From a virus: DNA of 64,000 nucleotides. Location of the stretch: the IMG/VR virus record IMGVR_UViG_3300050015_000702. One strand, written 5' to 3'. Both the position numbers and the translations under genes were made by a program. Positions within the stretch are counted from its first letter, which is position 1. Each line of letters starts with the position of its first letter. The notes under the pieces are model-generated. The model was not told where the DNA came from, ran no database searches, and saw only the letters and a list, made by a program, of their open reading frames with translations. Positions 36,223 to 45,785 of the stretch are shown one piece after another.

Positions 36223-36822
36223 ATGAAGTTCTACATAACAGTCGAAGGTGTTCAAAAACTTAAAAGGTCTTTTCTTAATCTCAACCACCTAATGAATCAT
36301 TATGTTTATTTAACGACTAATTTAGTTAATGGTAAACAATATATTGGGGATCATATTATTAATTTCCAAGAAAAAAAGTTTTATATTGGAAGTGGTAAAC
36401 CATATTTTAAAGATGCTGTAAAGAAATATGGTGAATGCAATTTTTTCAAAGAAATATTGGAATGGTTTGAAACTAAAAAAGAAGCTTTTGATGCTCAAGA
36501 AAAATACATTAGCTATTTTTGTACTTTAGTTCCAAATGGATATAATATAAGCCCCACCGGAGGATTAGGCGTCAGAGGATGCCATAGTGATGAAACAAAA
36601 GATAAAATAGGAAAATCCGGTCAAGGAGTACCTAGACCTCATTCAAAAAATCATAATCTAAAAATCGGGTTAGGTAATAAAGGAAAAACTCATACAGAAA
36701 AACAAAATGAGGATATGAGACAAAAGAGACTCGGAAAATCCTATTCGCAGCAATCTAAAGATAAAATGGGGTTATCTCATAAAGGCCTTCATTATAATAA
36801 AAAACCAAAAATAGAAATATGA
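36223..36822 (+). CDS. Seg-like GIY-YIG homing endonuclease fused in frame to a duplicated 20-codon start of the downstream gene
   Basis: MKFYITVEGVQKLKRSFLNL, then MNHYVYLTTN from ATG 36292. Confidence 0.85.
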   Translation: MKFYITVEGVQKLKRSFLNLNHLMNHYVYLTTNLVNGKQYIGDHIINFQEKKFYIGSGKPYFKDAVKKYGECNFFKEILEWFETKKEAFDAQEKYISYFCTLVPNGYNISPTGGLGVRGCHSDETKDKIGKSGQGVPRPHSKNHNLKIGLGNKGKTHTEKQNEDMRQKRLGKSYSQQSKDKMGLSHKGLHYNKKPKIEI

Positions 36823-37253
36823 AGTTTTATATAACAGTTGAGGGTATTCAAAAACTTAAAAGGTCTTTTCTCAATTTAAAGTTATATTCAGTAATAAACG
36901 TACCAGAAATTTTATCGGATCTTGGATATACTTATTCCACTATCGATGACTATGGTGCTTTTATTGTTAATCAGAGAATAATGAGCTTGATAACCAATTA
37001 TGTGAAGTCCAAAAGGATTAGGGGGATTATTTATTCTAATCCTAACCTTAGCGGTGCAATTATAGGTAATCTTTTTGATGAATTAGAAGATGTAGAAAAA
37101 ATTTCAGATATTGTTGTACTGGATGACTACAATATTCCTAAACTTCAACGATATTATCCCTATTTTAGAGAGATCATTTTCTTCCCGTCAGTCAAGAAAA
37201 TACGATTAATAGAATGTAAACCCATTATTAAAGAAATAAATTGGAAAGTCTAG
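36819..37253 (+). CDS. hypothetical protein
   Basis: 144 aa; its first 20 aa are duplicated at 36223. Confidence 0.75.
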   Translation: MKFYITVEGIQKLKRSFLNLKLYSVINVPEILSDLGYTYSTIDDYGAFIVNQRIMSLITNYVKSKRIRGIIYSNPNLSGAIIGNLFDELEDVEKISDIVVLDDYNIPKLQRYYPYFREIIFFPSVKKIRLIECKPIIKEINWKV

Positions 37254-37273
37254 CCTTTAGGTTAGACTTTTTT
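37245..37273 (+). terminator. rho-independent terminator
   Basis: AAAGTCTAGCC-ttta-GGTTAGACTTT followed by TTT. Confidence 0.75.
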
Positions 37274-37280
37274 TATGGGT

Positions 37281-37289
37281 GAATATATA
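37281..37289 (+). promoter_or_regulatory. putative late promoter of the tail/baseplate operon
   Basis: GAATATATA 15 nt before the ATG at 37305. Confidence 0.6.
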
Positions 37290-37304
37290 AAATAAAAGTA
37301 TCTC

Positions 37305-39695
37305 ATGGCTGACAATATAAGCAGTGCTAACAATCTTGACCAGAAAATTTCGGCAGCTCTTGACCAAATTACTTCTTCACCAAGCGCAATATTAAATTAT
37401 TGTGTTCTTTTGCCAGATTATAATGCAAAAATCATCGGAATCTATAATTCCATAGTTCCCCTGGGTTCGACTATTGGTACCAGTACTGGTCTAATTAGTT
37501 TTGAGACTGCTGCAAGAGTTTGGAAAGGAGCATTGGATGAAGCTAAAGTTGCTTTGGAGGATTCTTTGAGAAAGGACGATGTTCTTGCTGCTCAATCTCA
37601 GGCCACAAAAAATGTTACTTTAACTTCTAATGATGGAACTAATGATCAGGGAGCAGGTTCTGTAGCTCCTTTTGATAGAAGAATGCAAAGAATCTATCAG
37701 GGTTCTGATGGAAAAGATAGCGTCATAACTCCTTATGATACTCGTTTTGCCTCGGTAGCAACAACAGGATATTTAGTATCTGATAAAAAAGTAGAAGAGT
37801 CCAGTGTCGAAAACAAAAACGATATATTGGATAATCTGAAGAAAAAAAGAAATGAAATGTCGAAAGATGTTTTCTTTATGGGGGTTCCCTCCCTTATCAA
37901 TACTTATGCTATGACCCGTCTTTATGGAACGGATGGCGGGGATTATCTTATAAATGCAAAAGGAAGAAGGAAATGGTATGAAGTCGATCAAACTTCTAAT
38001 GATCAGCTAGGATTCACTTTAACACCTACAACAACTTCTCTTATATCTTGGGGAAATGGAGATCCTTATGGACGAACCCCTTATCATTTTACGGATTTTG
38101 TATTCTCAAAATTCTGGAATAGAGTTCCAAATAACCGTCTTATTACATTAAGAAGATTTGCTGCTCCTATCTTAGATAACATGAAATTCCCAGGAATGGA
38201 TGGAAACATTGCTACTGGGGATGCTACTACAAAAGCTCCTTCATCAGGGGGAACTGGATCTACTGCTACAAGTTTAGATACAGAAGCTACAGATAATGGT
38301 TCAGGTAAAAGAGTATCTTTTCCACCAATGGCTACAGCAGTTACGTACTTTGGAGATGAAACTGATAATAAATTAAGTGAGATTCTAAAATTCAGCGCAG
38401 GTTTAAACTGGGGTGAAGTTCAGGCAAACGTTTATGAAGTAAACACTCAGTCAAATCCCGATGTTGAACATGGTCCAGCAGGTATGTTTGGTTCATTAAC
38501 TTCACTATCTAAGATGTTAAACGTAGCAACGGGGAACTTTAATAACAGTGCTATTTTAAATCAGGGTAACCTACCACCAGACCCATATGCAAATGGTCCT
38601 TATGAAAATAGAGTTATCGGTCCTGTAAACAGAATCGATACTGTTAAGAAAAGAGAGGCTGGTCTAAAATTTGAAAACCCAATAGAGATAACTTTTGAAT
38701 ATGTGGCTAGACCAATTGGCGGGGTGAATACTAAAGCAGTTCTGTTAGACATATTATCTAACTTCCTTGTAATTGGAACAGCGTCAGCTATGTTCTGGGG
38801 AGGTCAACATAGATTTATGGCTCAACCACAACGTTATCCATTTATTGGAGGAAATAAAGGTATTCAACAATGGTATAGCGGTCAACCCCTAGAATGGGCT
38901 AAAACTTCAGTAACCGAATTTGCTGGTAATTTAACCTCTGCTGGAAAAGGAATTGGGGATTTTGCTAAAAACTTCTTCAATACTTTACTCGGAAAGGGAG
39001 GTGGTGCAAGTGGCTTTGGAGGAATTATGGATCTTTTAAGCGGTAATAATGTTGCTGGTAATTCTATTAAAGCTATTGCAGCTGAGAAATCAAAAGATCA
39101 AATCCCCTACCTAACAGGACTTCGTTCTCTTTTAATTGGTGAGCCTGTTGGAGAATGGCATGTTACAATAGGAAATCCTCTTAACCCAATTGCAATGATT
39201 GGGAACCTTATTTGTACCAAGATAGAAGTTGAGTTTGGCGATGAATTAGGCCCTGATGACTTTCCCCTTGATATTAAAGTTAAAGTTTCACTTGATCATG
39301 GAATGCCAAGAGATAGAGACGCAATCGAATCCATCTTTAACCGAGGTATGGGTAGAATTTATGATCTTTCAGATGATATGACTGGTAGCGCTGACTTTGA
39401 AACTCGAGTTGATAAAGTTACCGGTAACCAAAGTAAAACCGGAACTCAACCATATTTTGCAGGGGGAACAAATATTGCTACTTCTGGCCAAACTGGCGGA
39501 AATGTTGGGAAATCGGCTGTTTCCACTAATAAATTAGGAGGAGCCGTTAGTGTTTGGAATAGAGAAAAATTTGCATCAGTTTCTACAACACAGAACTTAG
39601 ATTTTATTTCTAAGGATCCTAATGGAAACCAAGCAATACTAAATAGGAGTGCCTTCAGAGCTGCTGAATGGATTTCACTAAAATCACTTAAGTAA
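37305..39695 (+). CDS. virion structural protein (probable baseplate/tail-tube-associated)
   Basis: 796 aa, Gly/Ser/Thr-rich; first gene of the late operon, directly before the gp53-like gene. Confidence 0.55.
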   Translation: MADNISSANNLDQKISAALDQITSSPSAILNYCVLLPDYNAKIIGIYNSIVPLGSTIGTSTGLISFETAARVWKGALDEAKVALEDSLRKDDVLAAQSQATKNVTLTSNDGTNDQGAGSVAPFDRRMQRIYQGSDGKDSVITPYDTRFASVATTGYLVSDKKVEESSVENKNDILDNLKKKRNEMSKDVFFMGVPSLINTYAMTRLYGTDGGDYLINAKGRRKWYEVDQTSNDQLGFTLTPTTTSLISWGNGDPYGRTPYHFTDFVFSKFWNRVPNNRLITLRRFAAPILDNMKFPGMDGNIATGDATTKAPSSGGTGSTATSLDTEATDNGSGKRVSFPPMATAVTYFGDETDNKLSEILKFSAGLNWGEVQANVYEVNTQSNPDVEHGPAGMFGSLTSLSKMLNVATGNFNNSAILNQGNLPPDPYANGPYENRVIGPVNRIDTVKKREAGLKFENPIEITFEYVARPIGGVNTKAVLLDILSNFLVIGTASAMFWGGQHRFMAQPQRYPFIGGNKGIQQWYSGQPLEWAKTSVTEFAGNLTSAGKGIGDFAKNFFNTLLGKGGGASGFGGIMDLLSGNNVAGNSIKAIAAEKSKDQIPYLTGLRSLLIGEPVGEWHVTIGNPLNPIAMIGNLICTKIEVEFGDELGPDDFPLDIKVKVSLDHGMPRDRDAIESIFNRGMGRIYDLSDDMTGSADFETRVDKVTGNQSKTGTQPYFAGGTNIATSGQTGGNVGKSAVSTNKLGGAVSVWNREKFASVSTTQNLDFISKDPNGNQAILNRSAFRAAEWISLKSLK

Positions 39696-39696
39696 A

Positions 39697-40341
39697 ATGT
39701 TTTTAAATAGCTTAGATAGAAAACCCCTTTTCCAAAAGGATGATGGTAATATAATCAGAGACTTAAGTCAATCTATGTTTGATTTTAAGACATCTAATTA
39801 TCTTTCATATCAAGCATATAGAGTTCCCATGGAATATCAGATGCGATGCGATTTAATCTCGCAGGCGGTTTATAACAATACGATTTATGCAGAATATATT
39901 CTGAAGTTTAATGGCATCTCGAATCCTTTCACCATCTCAAATGGAGATATAATTCTTGTACCTGACTTAAACTCTGCTAAACAAAATGTAAAACAAGAAC
40001 AAGAAGCTGCTGGAGATACAGCAGAAAGTAAGATTAGAAAATCCTACAAATATATTGACCCCACTAAAGCTCCAACTGCAGATCCAACTGCTATTAAATT
40101 TGATGCAAGAAATTTACAAAATAACCCTGGCGGAACTGCGGCAGCAAATGGCCAGGGATTAAACGAATTATCATTTGAAGAAGCCTTGCCACCTAATATT
40201 GCACCAGAAGGTCAGAATCAGGTAACTTATCGAAATGGAAGAGTTTACTTTGGAGAAGGAATTGGTCAAAGTGCTTGTTTACAAAATGGAATGTCTTCCG
40301 GAGAATTTTTAACTGCCATCATCAAAAGCAGAAATGTTTAA
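39697..40341 (+). CDS. gp53: baseplate wedge subunit, T4 gp53-like (LysM-like)
   Basis: RCDLISQAVY....YAEYILKFNGISNPF....GDIILVP. Confidence 0.75.
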   Translation: MFLNSLDRKPLFQKDDGNIIRDLSQSMFDFKTSNYLSYQAYRVPMEYQMRCDLISQAVYNNTIYAEYILKFNGISNPFTISNGDIILVPDLNSAKQNVKQEQEAAGDTAESKIRKSYKYIDPTKAPTADPTAIKFDARNLQNNPGGTAAANGQGLNELSFEEALPPNIAPEGQNQVTYRNGRVYFGEGIGQSACLQNGMSSGEFLTAIIKSRNV

Positions 40342-41118
40342 AATATTTTGAAGTTTATCATAATTTTTATCAATAACTAATATGTAGTTAAAGCCATTAG
40401 CGATAGTGGCTTTTTCTTTTTCTTTTATTTTTTCTATATCTCTTTGATAAAGATATGAATTTTTTATTTCTATTATCAAATTAAGAGAAGGAATTAGAAA
40501 ATCCGGATAATAAATTTTGTTTTTTCCTTTATATTGATACCTAATTGTTGGGCCATTAATTATGTTTGGAAATATTTTCTGATATTTTTCAAGAAAATCC
40601 AATTCATAAGAACCCCTATAATTTATGCCTTTATATTCTTTAGACCAAAATGCTTTTTTCTGTGCAGATTCAAATAGCTGCTTATTTTGCATAGGATATT
40701 CGCATCCTAAATTTTTTAAAATAGTATTTCTTACTTTTTTATTAATGTCTCTATTATATAAAGTGCAGGTACACCCCCATATATCTAAATTTGTTTTTTT
40801 AGCTTTTTCAGGATTAACGTAATTTTCATCCCCGTATTTTTCTATCTTAGTATTTTTCTTAATTTTGGTTAATTTTTTATTATTGGCTGCACATTTGGTA
40901 CTACAAAATATCCGATATTCTCCTTTATGAAAATCTGTTTCATTTCCGCAGGTCTGACAAATCCCATCCCCGGCTTCCTTTCTCCATTTATCACAATATT
41001 CTTTTATGCTCTGATGATTTTTATTTATATGTCTCACCAAATTTTCTTTTTGAACAAAAAGCTGATTACACTCTTCACAAATGAAAAGCCCCTCTTGATT
41101 TTTTCTAAAATGTTTCAT
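40309..41118 (-). CDS. zinc-finger plus TnsA-like PD-(D/E)xK homing endonuclease
   Basis: C2H2 finger, CQTCG..FCSTKC, EKYG repeats, YRGSYELDFL...YYPDF...IIEIK. Confidence 0.82.
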   Translation of the reverse strand: MKHFRKNQEGLFICEECNQLFVQKENLVRHINKNHQSIKEYCDKWRKEAGDGICQTCGNETDFHKGEYRIFCSTKCAANNKKLTKIKKNTKIEKYGDENYVNPEKAKKTNLDIWGCTCTLYNRDINKKVRNTILKNLGCEYPMQNKQLFESAQKKAFWSKEYKGINYRGSYELDFLEKYQKIFPNIINGPTIRYQYKGKNKIYYPDFLIPSLNLIIEIKNSYLYQRDIEKIKEKEKATIANGFNYILVIDKNYDKLQNILNISAFDDGS

Positions 41119-41153
41119 ATTTTAACCTTTTTATTTTAAGGGAATATATAATA

Positions 41154-41212
41154 AAAGTGGGACAGTTAGTTTAACCTTCTAATTGCTTTACGCCAATAAA
41201 GCTAACCACTTT
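41154..41212. other. putative structured cis element (three-way junction) between divergent late promoters
   Basis: Outer stem AAAGTGG/CCACTTT encloses the hairpins TTAG-tttaacctt-CTAA and GCTTTA-cgccaa-TAAAGC. Confidence 0.45.
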
Positions 41213-41234
41213 AAATATATATTCATTTTTAATT

Positions 41235-42863
41235 ATGGCAGATTATACATTTGTACCACCTAATAAAACTACTCCACCAGCATCAACAAATCCAAATTCT
41301 TCTGGAGAGACATATAGAATTAGACAAACAATTAAGCCCACAATTGTATTGGATGAATTGTCTCTAAAGAAAAGAGAAGATCCAGATAGTAAACAAACTC
41401 GTCAGCTTGAAGATTTTACTTCAATGGAGTTCCCACTAATCAAGATTAACGATTACATGGTAGGGGTAGAAGAAATTGATTATTTTAAAATCGATACAAA
41501 TGATTCGCTTCCAAGAATTACATTAACTCTTAGCTTTCAAAATGATTTATTCATGACAAAGAATCTTCCAAAAGATGGAGATATGATTTCTATTGCTATC
41601 ATGAATAAAAGTAATTTGTTAAACCCGATAAGAAATGATTATATTATTACGGGGGTATCTCCTCTTAAGAAAAGTACGACCATAAAACATGCTCTTACAG
41701 TAACTTTCTTTGGAGATTTATTTATACCCGGATTTAATAACTATAAAGGAAACGTAGCTTTCAATATGACTTCAATGGAAGCATTAAAATCCATTGCTAG
41801 AGAACTTGGTCTTGGATTCTCCTCAAATGAAGAATTTACAGACGACCATCAAATTTGGATTATTACTACAGCTTTTGATAAGACTATTGAAGAAATAGTT
41901 TCAAGGTCATGGAAAGATGAAAATAGCTTCTTTGATTGGTGGATTGATATTTACTACACTCTTAACTTTGTAAATGTTCAGAAACAATTACTATCCCAGG
42001 AGAATGAAGTGGATTCTGCTGCTCTTTTAAATAATAGCAATACAGAATATGTATGGGGGAGTAACAAAAGCACCACAGTTGAAACGCCAAAGGTATTTTC
42101 AAATTATGCGGGATATAGAAATACCAGTTTCTATATTACCGATTGGAGACCTATTAATAAATCTTCTCAAATTACTTTTGACTACGGAACTTCTATTCAA
42201 GCGACCTTCTTTGAATCTAATGACGTTCTTTATAGAGATCCGAATAAAACAAAATATTGGAGTTTTAAAGTAGAACCCGCTTATGATCCTCAGAAAATAA
42301 ATTCGCACATACTCTTACGAGGTCGTGCGAAATGGGATCCTTCCATTAACTCAAATGAACCGGCAAAAGCTAATTATGATTTCTTGCAACTTTACAATGT
42401 TTCTCCTTGGCTTGGAATTCAATATACAATTTCTAATCCAAATGAAGATAATAGCAAATGGACAGGAAATCATCACAGAAATTATTTAAGAGCTCAAGTT
42501 CAAAATATTTTGAACCTAGTAGAATTGGATAAGCTAAATGTGGAAATAAATGTACAGGGAACTAACCTCAACATTATAAAAGGAGATAAATTGCCAATTG
42601 TTTTAGTTCAAAAAGATAGAGTAGAGAATCTTATTGTTGATCCTAGTTTTCAATTAAGCGAAGCTTTGGAATTTTTCTATACGGGATGGTTCTATGTGAA
42701 AGGATTTACCCTTTCGTGGATTAGAGGCATGTCCCCATTATTCTCTAACTTCTCTCAAAGCTTTTTACTTACGAGAAGAGAATGGCCTGCTCCCGTTCCT
42801 GTAGACCCTGTTAAACCTACCCCAAACGTTCCACCCCCACCTGAAAATAACATCATAATATAA
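41235..42863 (+). CDS. baseplate hub protein (gp27/VgrG-like)
   Basis: Position between the gp53- and gp5-like genes; size, and a C-terminal GxNLNIIKGD...YTGWFYVKG...LTRREW pattern. Confidence 0.55.
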   Translation: MADYTFVPPNKTTPPASTNPNSSGETYRIRQTIKPTIVLDELSLKKREDPDSKQTRQLEDFTSMEFPLIKINDYMVGVEEIDYFKIDTNDSLPRITLTLSFQNDLFMTKNLPKDGDMISIAIMNKSNLLNPIRNDYIITGVSPLKKSTTIKHALTVTFFGDLFIPGFNNYKGNVAFNMTSMEALKSIARELGLGFSSNEEFTDDHQIWIITTAFDKTIEEIVSRSWKDENSFFDWWIDIYYTLNFVNVQKQLLSQENEVDSAALLNNSNTEYVWGSNKSTTVETPKVFSNYAGYRNTSFYITDWRPINKSSQITFDYGTSIQATFFESNDVLYRDPNKTKYWSFKVEPAYDPQKINSHILLRGRAKWDPSINSNEPAKANYDFLQLYNVSPWLGIQYTISNPNEDNSKWTGNHHRNYLRAQVQNILNLVELDKLNVEINVQGTNLNIIKGDKLPIVLVQKDRVENLIVDPSFQLSEALEFFYTGWFYVKGFTLSWIRGMSPLFSNFSQSFLLTRREWPAPVPVDPVKPTPNVPPPPENNIII

Positions 42864-44707
42864 TGGCAAATATTTTTAAAGATTTTAAAGTACCTGGTCA
42901 CATATTAAATGTCCCTGGTATATTTCTAGATCCTACAAAAGGGATTACGAAAACATTTGATGAGCCAACCTATCTAACTTTTAGAGTGGAGTTTCTTCCT
43001 ATGAATACAAATATGGAATCCACAAACTATGATAGGATGCCAATGCCATTATTTAGTTTATCAGATGAAGATATTGATGTTCGTAACAATTATTCTGCTA
43101 TAAGTTATTTAAAAGATTCAAACGAAGTTGGCCGTGCTCAAATGATGGCTAGTTTTATCAATGGCTGGAATATAGTTCAAAATAATTTTCAGTGGTATTT
43201 TCAGGGAATTTCTAATTTAAATGATTTATTTGCTGTAGATCCTAAGAGAGGCATTCGTATAAGCACAGAGGGAAAAGTTACCATGTCAATGCTTGAAGGT
43301 CTTGACTGGAGAATTACTCACTTACTTAATCTTTACAGAAAAATTGCTTGGGACGATGTTTATCAAAGATGGATGCTTCCTGATATGATGAGATATTTTG
43401 CAATGAATATTTACATCACAGAATTCCGTTCATTCCATCAATCTTCATATACCGAACAGGCAGCTTTAGGTTCCGGCCCTGAATTAAGCGGTGAAATGGT
43501 TTTAAAAGTCATGGGAGATGTAATGCCTACTTGGGTTTTACATTGTGAAAGATGCGAATTTGATATTACTTCTCTAAACTCCTGGATTACTGATTTGAAA
43601 GTTAACGAAGAAACTATGACTGAAGTTACTTTCGATATTAAAGTTGGCCAGTTAACTGATGAGTATGTAAACCCTATTTTGGACTATTGGTATTGGGATC
43701 AGGATTTAAATGGTCAGAACAGAACAGCTGATGATCCATCCGGAGTTCTTAGAACTTCATATAAAAATAGACAAATTCAATTTTTAAATCAGGAAACAGT
43801 AGCTGGCGGGCCTCATACAGAAAATCATCCATTTATCGAAACTGGTGGTTCTGGAGCTTCAAATATATCAAATGCTCAAAAAGCTATGCAGGGTCCTTCA
43901 GCAGATCTTAATCCAGTAGATCCTGTTGGTTCTGGAGCTTCAAATATATCAAATGCTCAAAAAGCTATGCAGGGTCCTTCAGCAGATCTTAATCCAGTAG
44001 ATCCTGTTCAACCATCTACTTGGTTAGGAAATACTTTGACATTAGGAAAAGCATTAGTTAAAAACTTGGTGAATACTCAGGTTAATAAAGCCCAGGTTAC
44101 CAAGATTCCTGGATTAGGATTCTCATTTAATGAAGCTTTATCTGCAATTCAGAGTAAAAACATATTTGCAGTCTTTGCTCTTGCAAGGGAAGCAATTACT
44201 CAATCAGTTGCTAAAACAACTCCTTCGCAGGAACTTGATCATAAAATTATAGAACAAGGATTAAAAGCATTTCTTAGGGGAATTGCTCATTCACAAGCTA
44301 CGACTCCTCCAACTCAAGAACTTGTTAAAGCTGCAGAACAGATTCTCAATGATCGAGGTCAATGGCAAAAACTTATGGATTACTCATTAGCTACCGATTT
44401 GGTTTCAAGAGAAACAGGGGAAGTAAATATAACAAATGCTCTAAAGAATCCTAATACTGAGAGGGATATTGCCAAAATTGAAACAGGAGGATTTCTATCC
44501 TTTGCAACCGATGCAAATGGAAACACATTAGTTGGGAGTCCTATAATTGAAGCTATTCCTTCTAGTTTAGCAACATCAGGTCATATTAATGTTGGACCAA
44601 AACCATCTGTGGTACCAAGTGAAGCAACAGTAGGGGCATTACAAGGAAATACTCATCTATCATCTGCACCAAAAAGTGAAGCAACAATAGGAACTATACA
44701 AAAATGA
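42863..44707 (+). CDS. virion structural protein (tail/baseplate)
   Basis: 614 aa in the baseplate operon; DEPTYLTF and WYFQGI motifs. Confidence 0.55.
   Translation: MANIFKDFKVPGHILNVPGIFLDPTKGITKTFDEPTYLTFRVEFLPMNTNMESTNYDRMPMPLFSLSDEDIDVRNNYSAISYLKDSNEVGRAQMMASFINGWNIVQNNFQWYFQGISNLNDLFAVDPKRGIRISTEGKVTMSMLEGLDWRITHLLNLYRKIAWDDVYQRWMLPDMMRYFAMNIYITEFRSFHQSSYTEQAALGSGPELSGEMVLKVMGDVMPTWVLHCERCEFDITSLNSWITDLKVNEETMTEVTFDIKVGQLTDEYVNPILDYWYWDQDLNGQNRTADDPSGVLRTSYKNRQIQFLNQETVAGGPHTENHPFIETGGSGASNISNAQKAMQGPSADLNPVDPVGSGASNISNAQKAMQGPSADLNPVDPVQPSTWLGNTLTLGKALVKNLVNTQVNKAQVTKIPGLGFSFNEALSAIQSKNIFAVFALAREAITQSVAKTTPSQELDHKIIEQGLKAFLRGIAHSQATTPPTQELVKAAEQILNDRGQWQKLMDYSLATDLVSRETGEVNITNALKNPNTERDIAKIETGGFLSFATDANGNTLVGSPIIEAIPSSLATSGHINVGPKPSVVPSEATVGALQGNTHLSSAPKSEATIGTIQK
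43847..44008 (+). repeat. perfect 81-bp tandem duplication (27 aa x2)
   Basis: GSGASNISNAQKAMQGPSADLNPVDPV occurs twice, identical at the DNA level. Confidence 0.95.
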
Positions 44708-45015
44708 GAGCCGAATTCATATTTGAAAAAGTAAATTTTGAACGAGGAAACGAATACGATCCTCTTCGAACTCTTAATATTGGTCATAAGAAAACTGAGA
44801 AAGAGCTAGAAGCAATGTATAAAAAAGTTTTACACTTTAATCTTGGCGTTGAAAGAAAAAGTTTCTCCAATGAAATTAGTGCTGCCATTCCAGAAAGATT
44901 ATTAGCAAGCTGTGGTTGGGGAAATGCTTTTAAATGCTTTGAGGAAATGTGGCCAGAAGAAATAGATAAATTCGATAGAATTCTTACAAAATATTACAAC
45001 AAATTTAAAGAGTAA
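44704..45015 (+). CDS. FER-motif single-module protein
   Basis: IFEKVNFERGNEYDPLRTLNIG N-terminus. Confidence 0.75.
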   Translation: MRAEFIFEKVNFERGNEYDPLRTLNIGHKKTEKELEAMYKKVLHFNLGVERKSFSNEISAAIPERLLASCGWGNAFKCFEEMWPEEIDKFDRILTKYYNKFKE

Positions 45016-45785
45016 TGGAAAGTCTACACTTACAAATGAAAGATCTACATGATAATGACTGGTTAGGCATTATCGAAAACAATGTGGATACACTTTTTTC
45101 AGGACGAGCACAAGTAAGAGTATTTAGGTTATTTGATAACTTAAATTCTAAGGATCTTCCATGGGCTGTTCCAATTAACTCCACTATATTTGCTGGAGAT
45201 GGAGCAGGGTCAATTTCGACTCCAAAAATTGGTCAGATTGTAAGGGTTCAGTTTAATAACGGGGACTTATATTCTCCAGAATACACAACTATTCAAAATA
45301 TTGATACTCAGCTTATAGATGAGATCAAAAATGATTACGATGGAACCCACGTTCTACTTTATGACCCCGATGAAGAATTAAACGTTATTTATCAGCGTCA
45401 AAGAGGATTTCAAATGTTTTATCGTGGCAGTTTTATTCAGATCTCTCCAGATAATATGATTACGATTCAGCATGCTAATCATGAATCCCTAATCCAGCTA
45501 AACGGAGATAAGATGAGTATTGTTACCAAGAATGAAATTGCTATCTCTGCCGCAGCTAAAGTAGAAGTTACAGCTGATGAAGTAAAGGCAGCAGGTAACC
45601 AAGTAACTAAGCTAGGACCTGGGCCTTATAACCATGCTGTAATGGCAGAAATATTATTTCCTTTGTTACAAACTATGGCAACAGCAATTGATGCTAAAAT
45701 GCCTCAAACACCAGGAGTCAATGTTGGCTTAGTAAAAGCAGCTCAACAAGCAGCTACCTCAACTAACGTATTAATTTCGCAGTAA
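45015..45785 (+). CDS. gp5: baseplate central spike, gp5 N-terminal OB-fold-like
   Basis: GIIENNVD....GRAQVRVF...LPWA...PKIGQIVRVQF.NGD...PEY followed by beta-strand-rich repeats. No lysozyme domain is visible. Confidence 0.75.
   Translation: MESLHLQMKDLHDNDWLGIIENNVDTLFSGRAQVRVFRLFDNLNSKDLPWAVPINSTIFAGDGAGSISTPKIGQIVRVQFNNGDLYSPEYTTIQNIDTQLIDEIKNDYDGTHVLLYDPDEELNVIYQRQRGFQMFYRGSFIQISPDNMITIQHANHESLIQLNGDKMSIVTKNEIAISAAAKVEVTADEVKAAGNQVTKLGPGPYNHAVMAEILFPLLQTMATAIDAKMPQTPGVNVGLVKAAQQAATSTNVLISQ

Noticed and set aside
29386-36822. Group I introns or inteins housing the endonucleases
   Set aside because: The endonuclease ORFs abut their neighbours with no room for a ribozyme core, the flanking genes look complete, and no intein splice motifs were seen.
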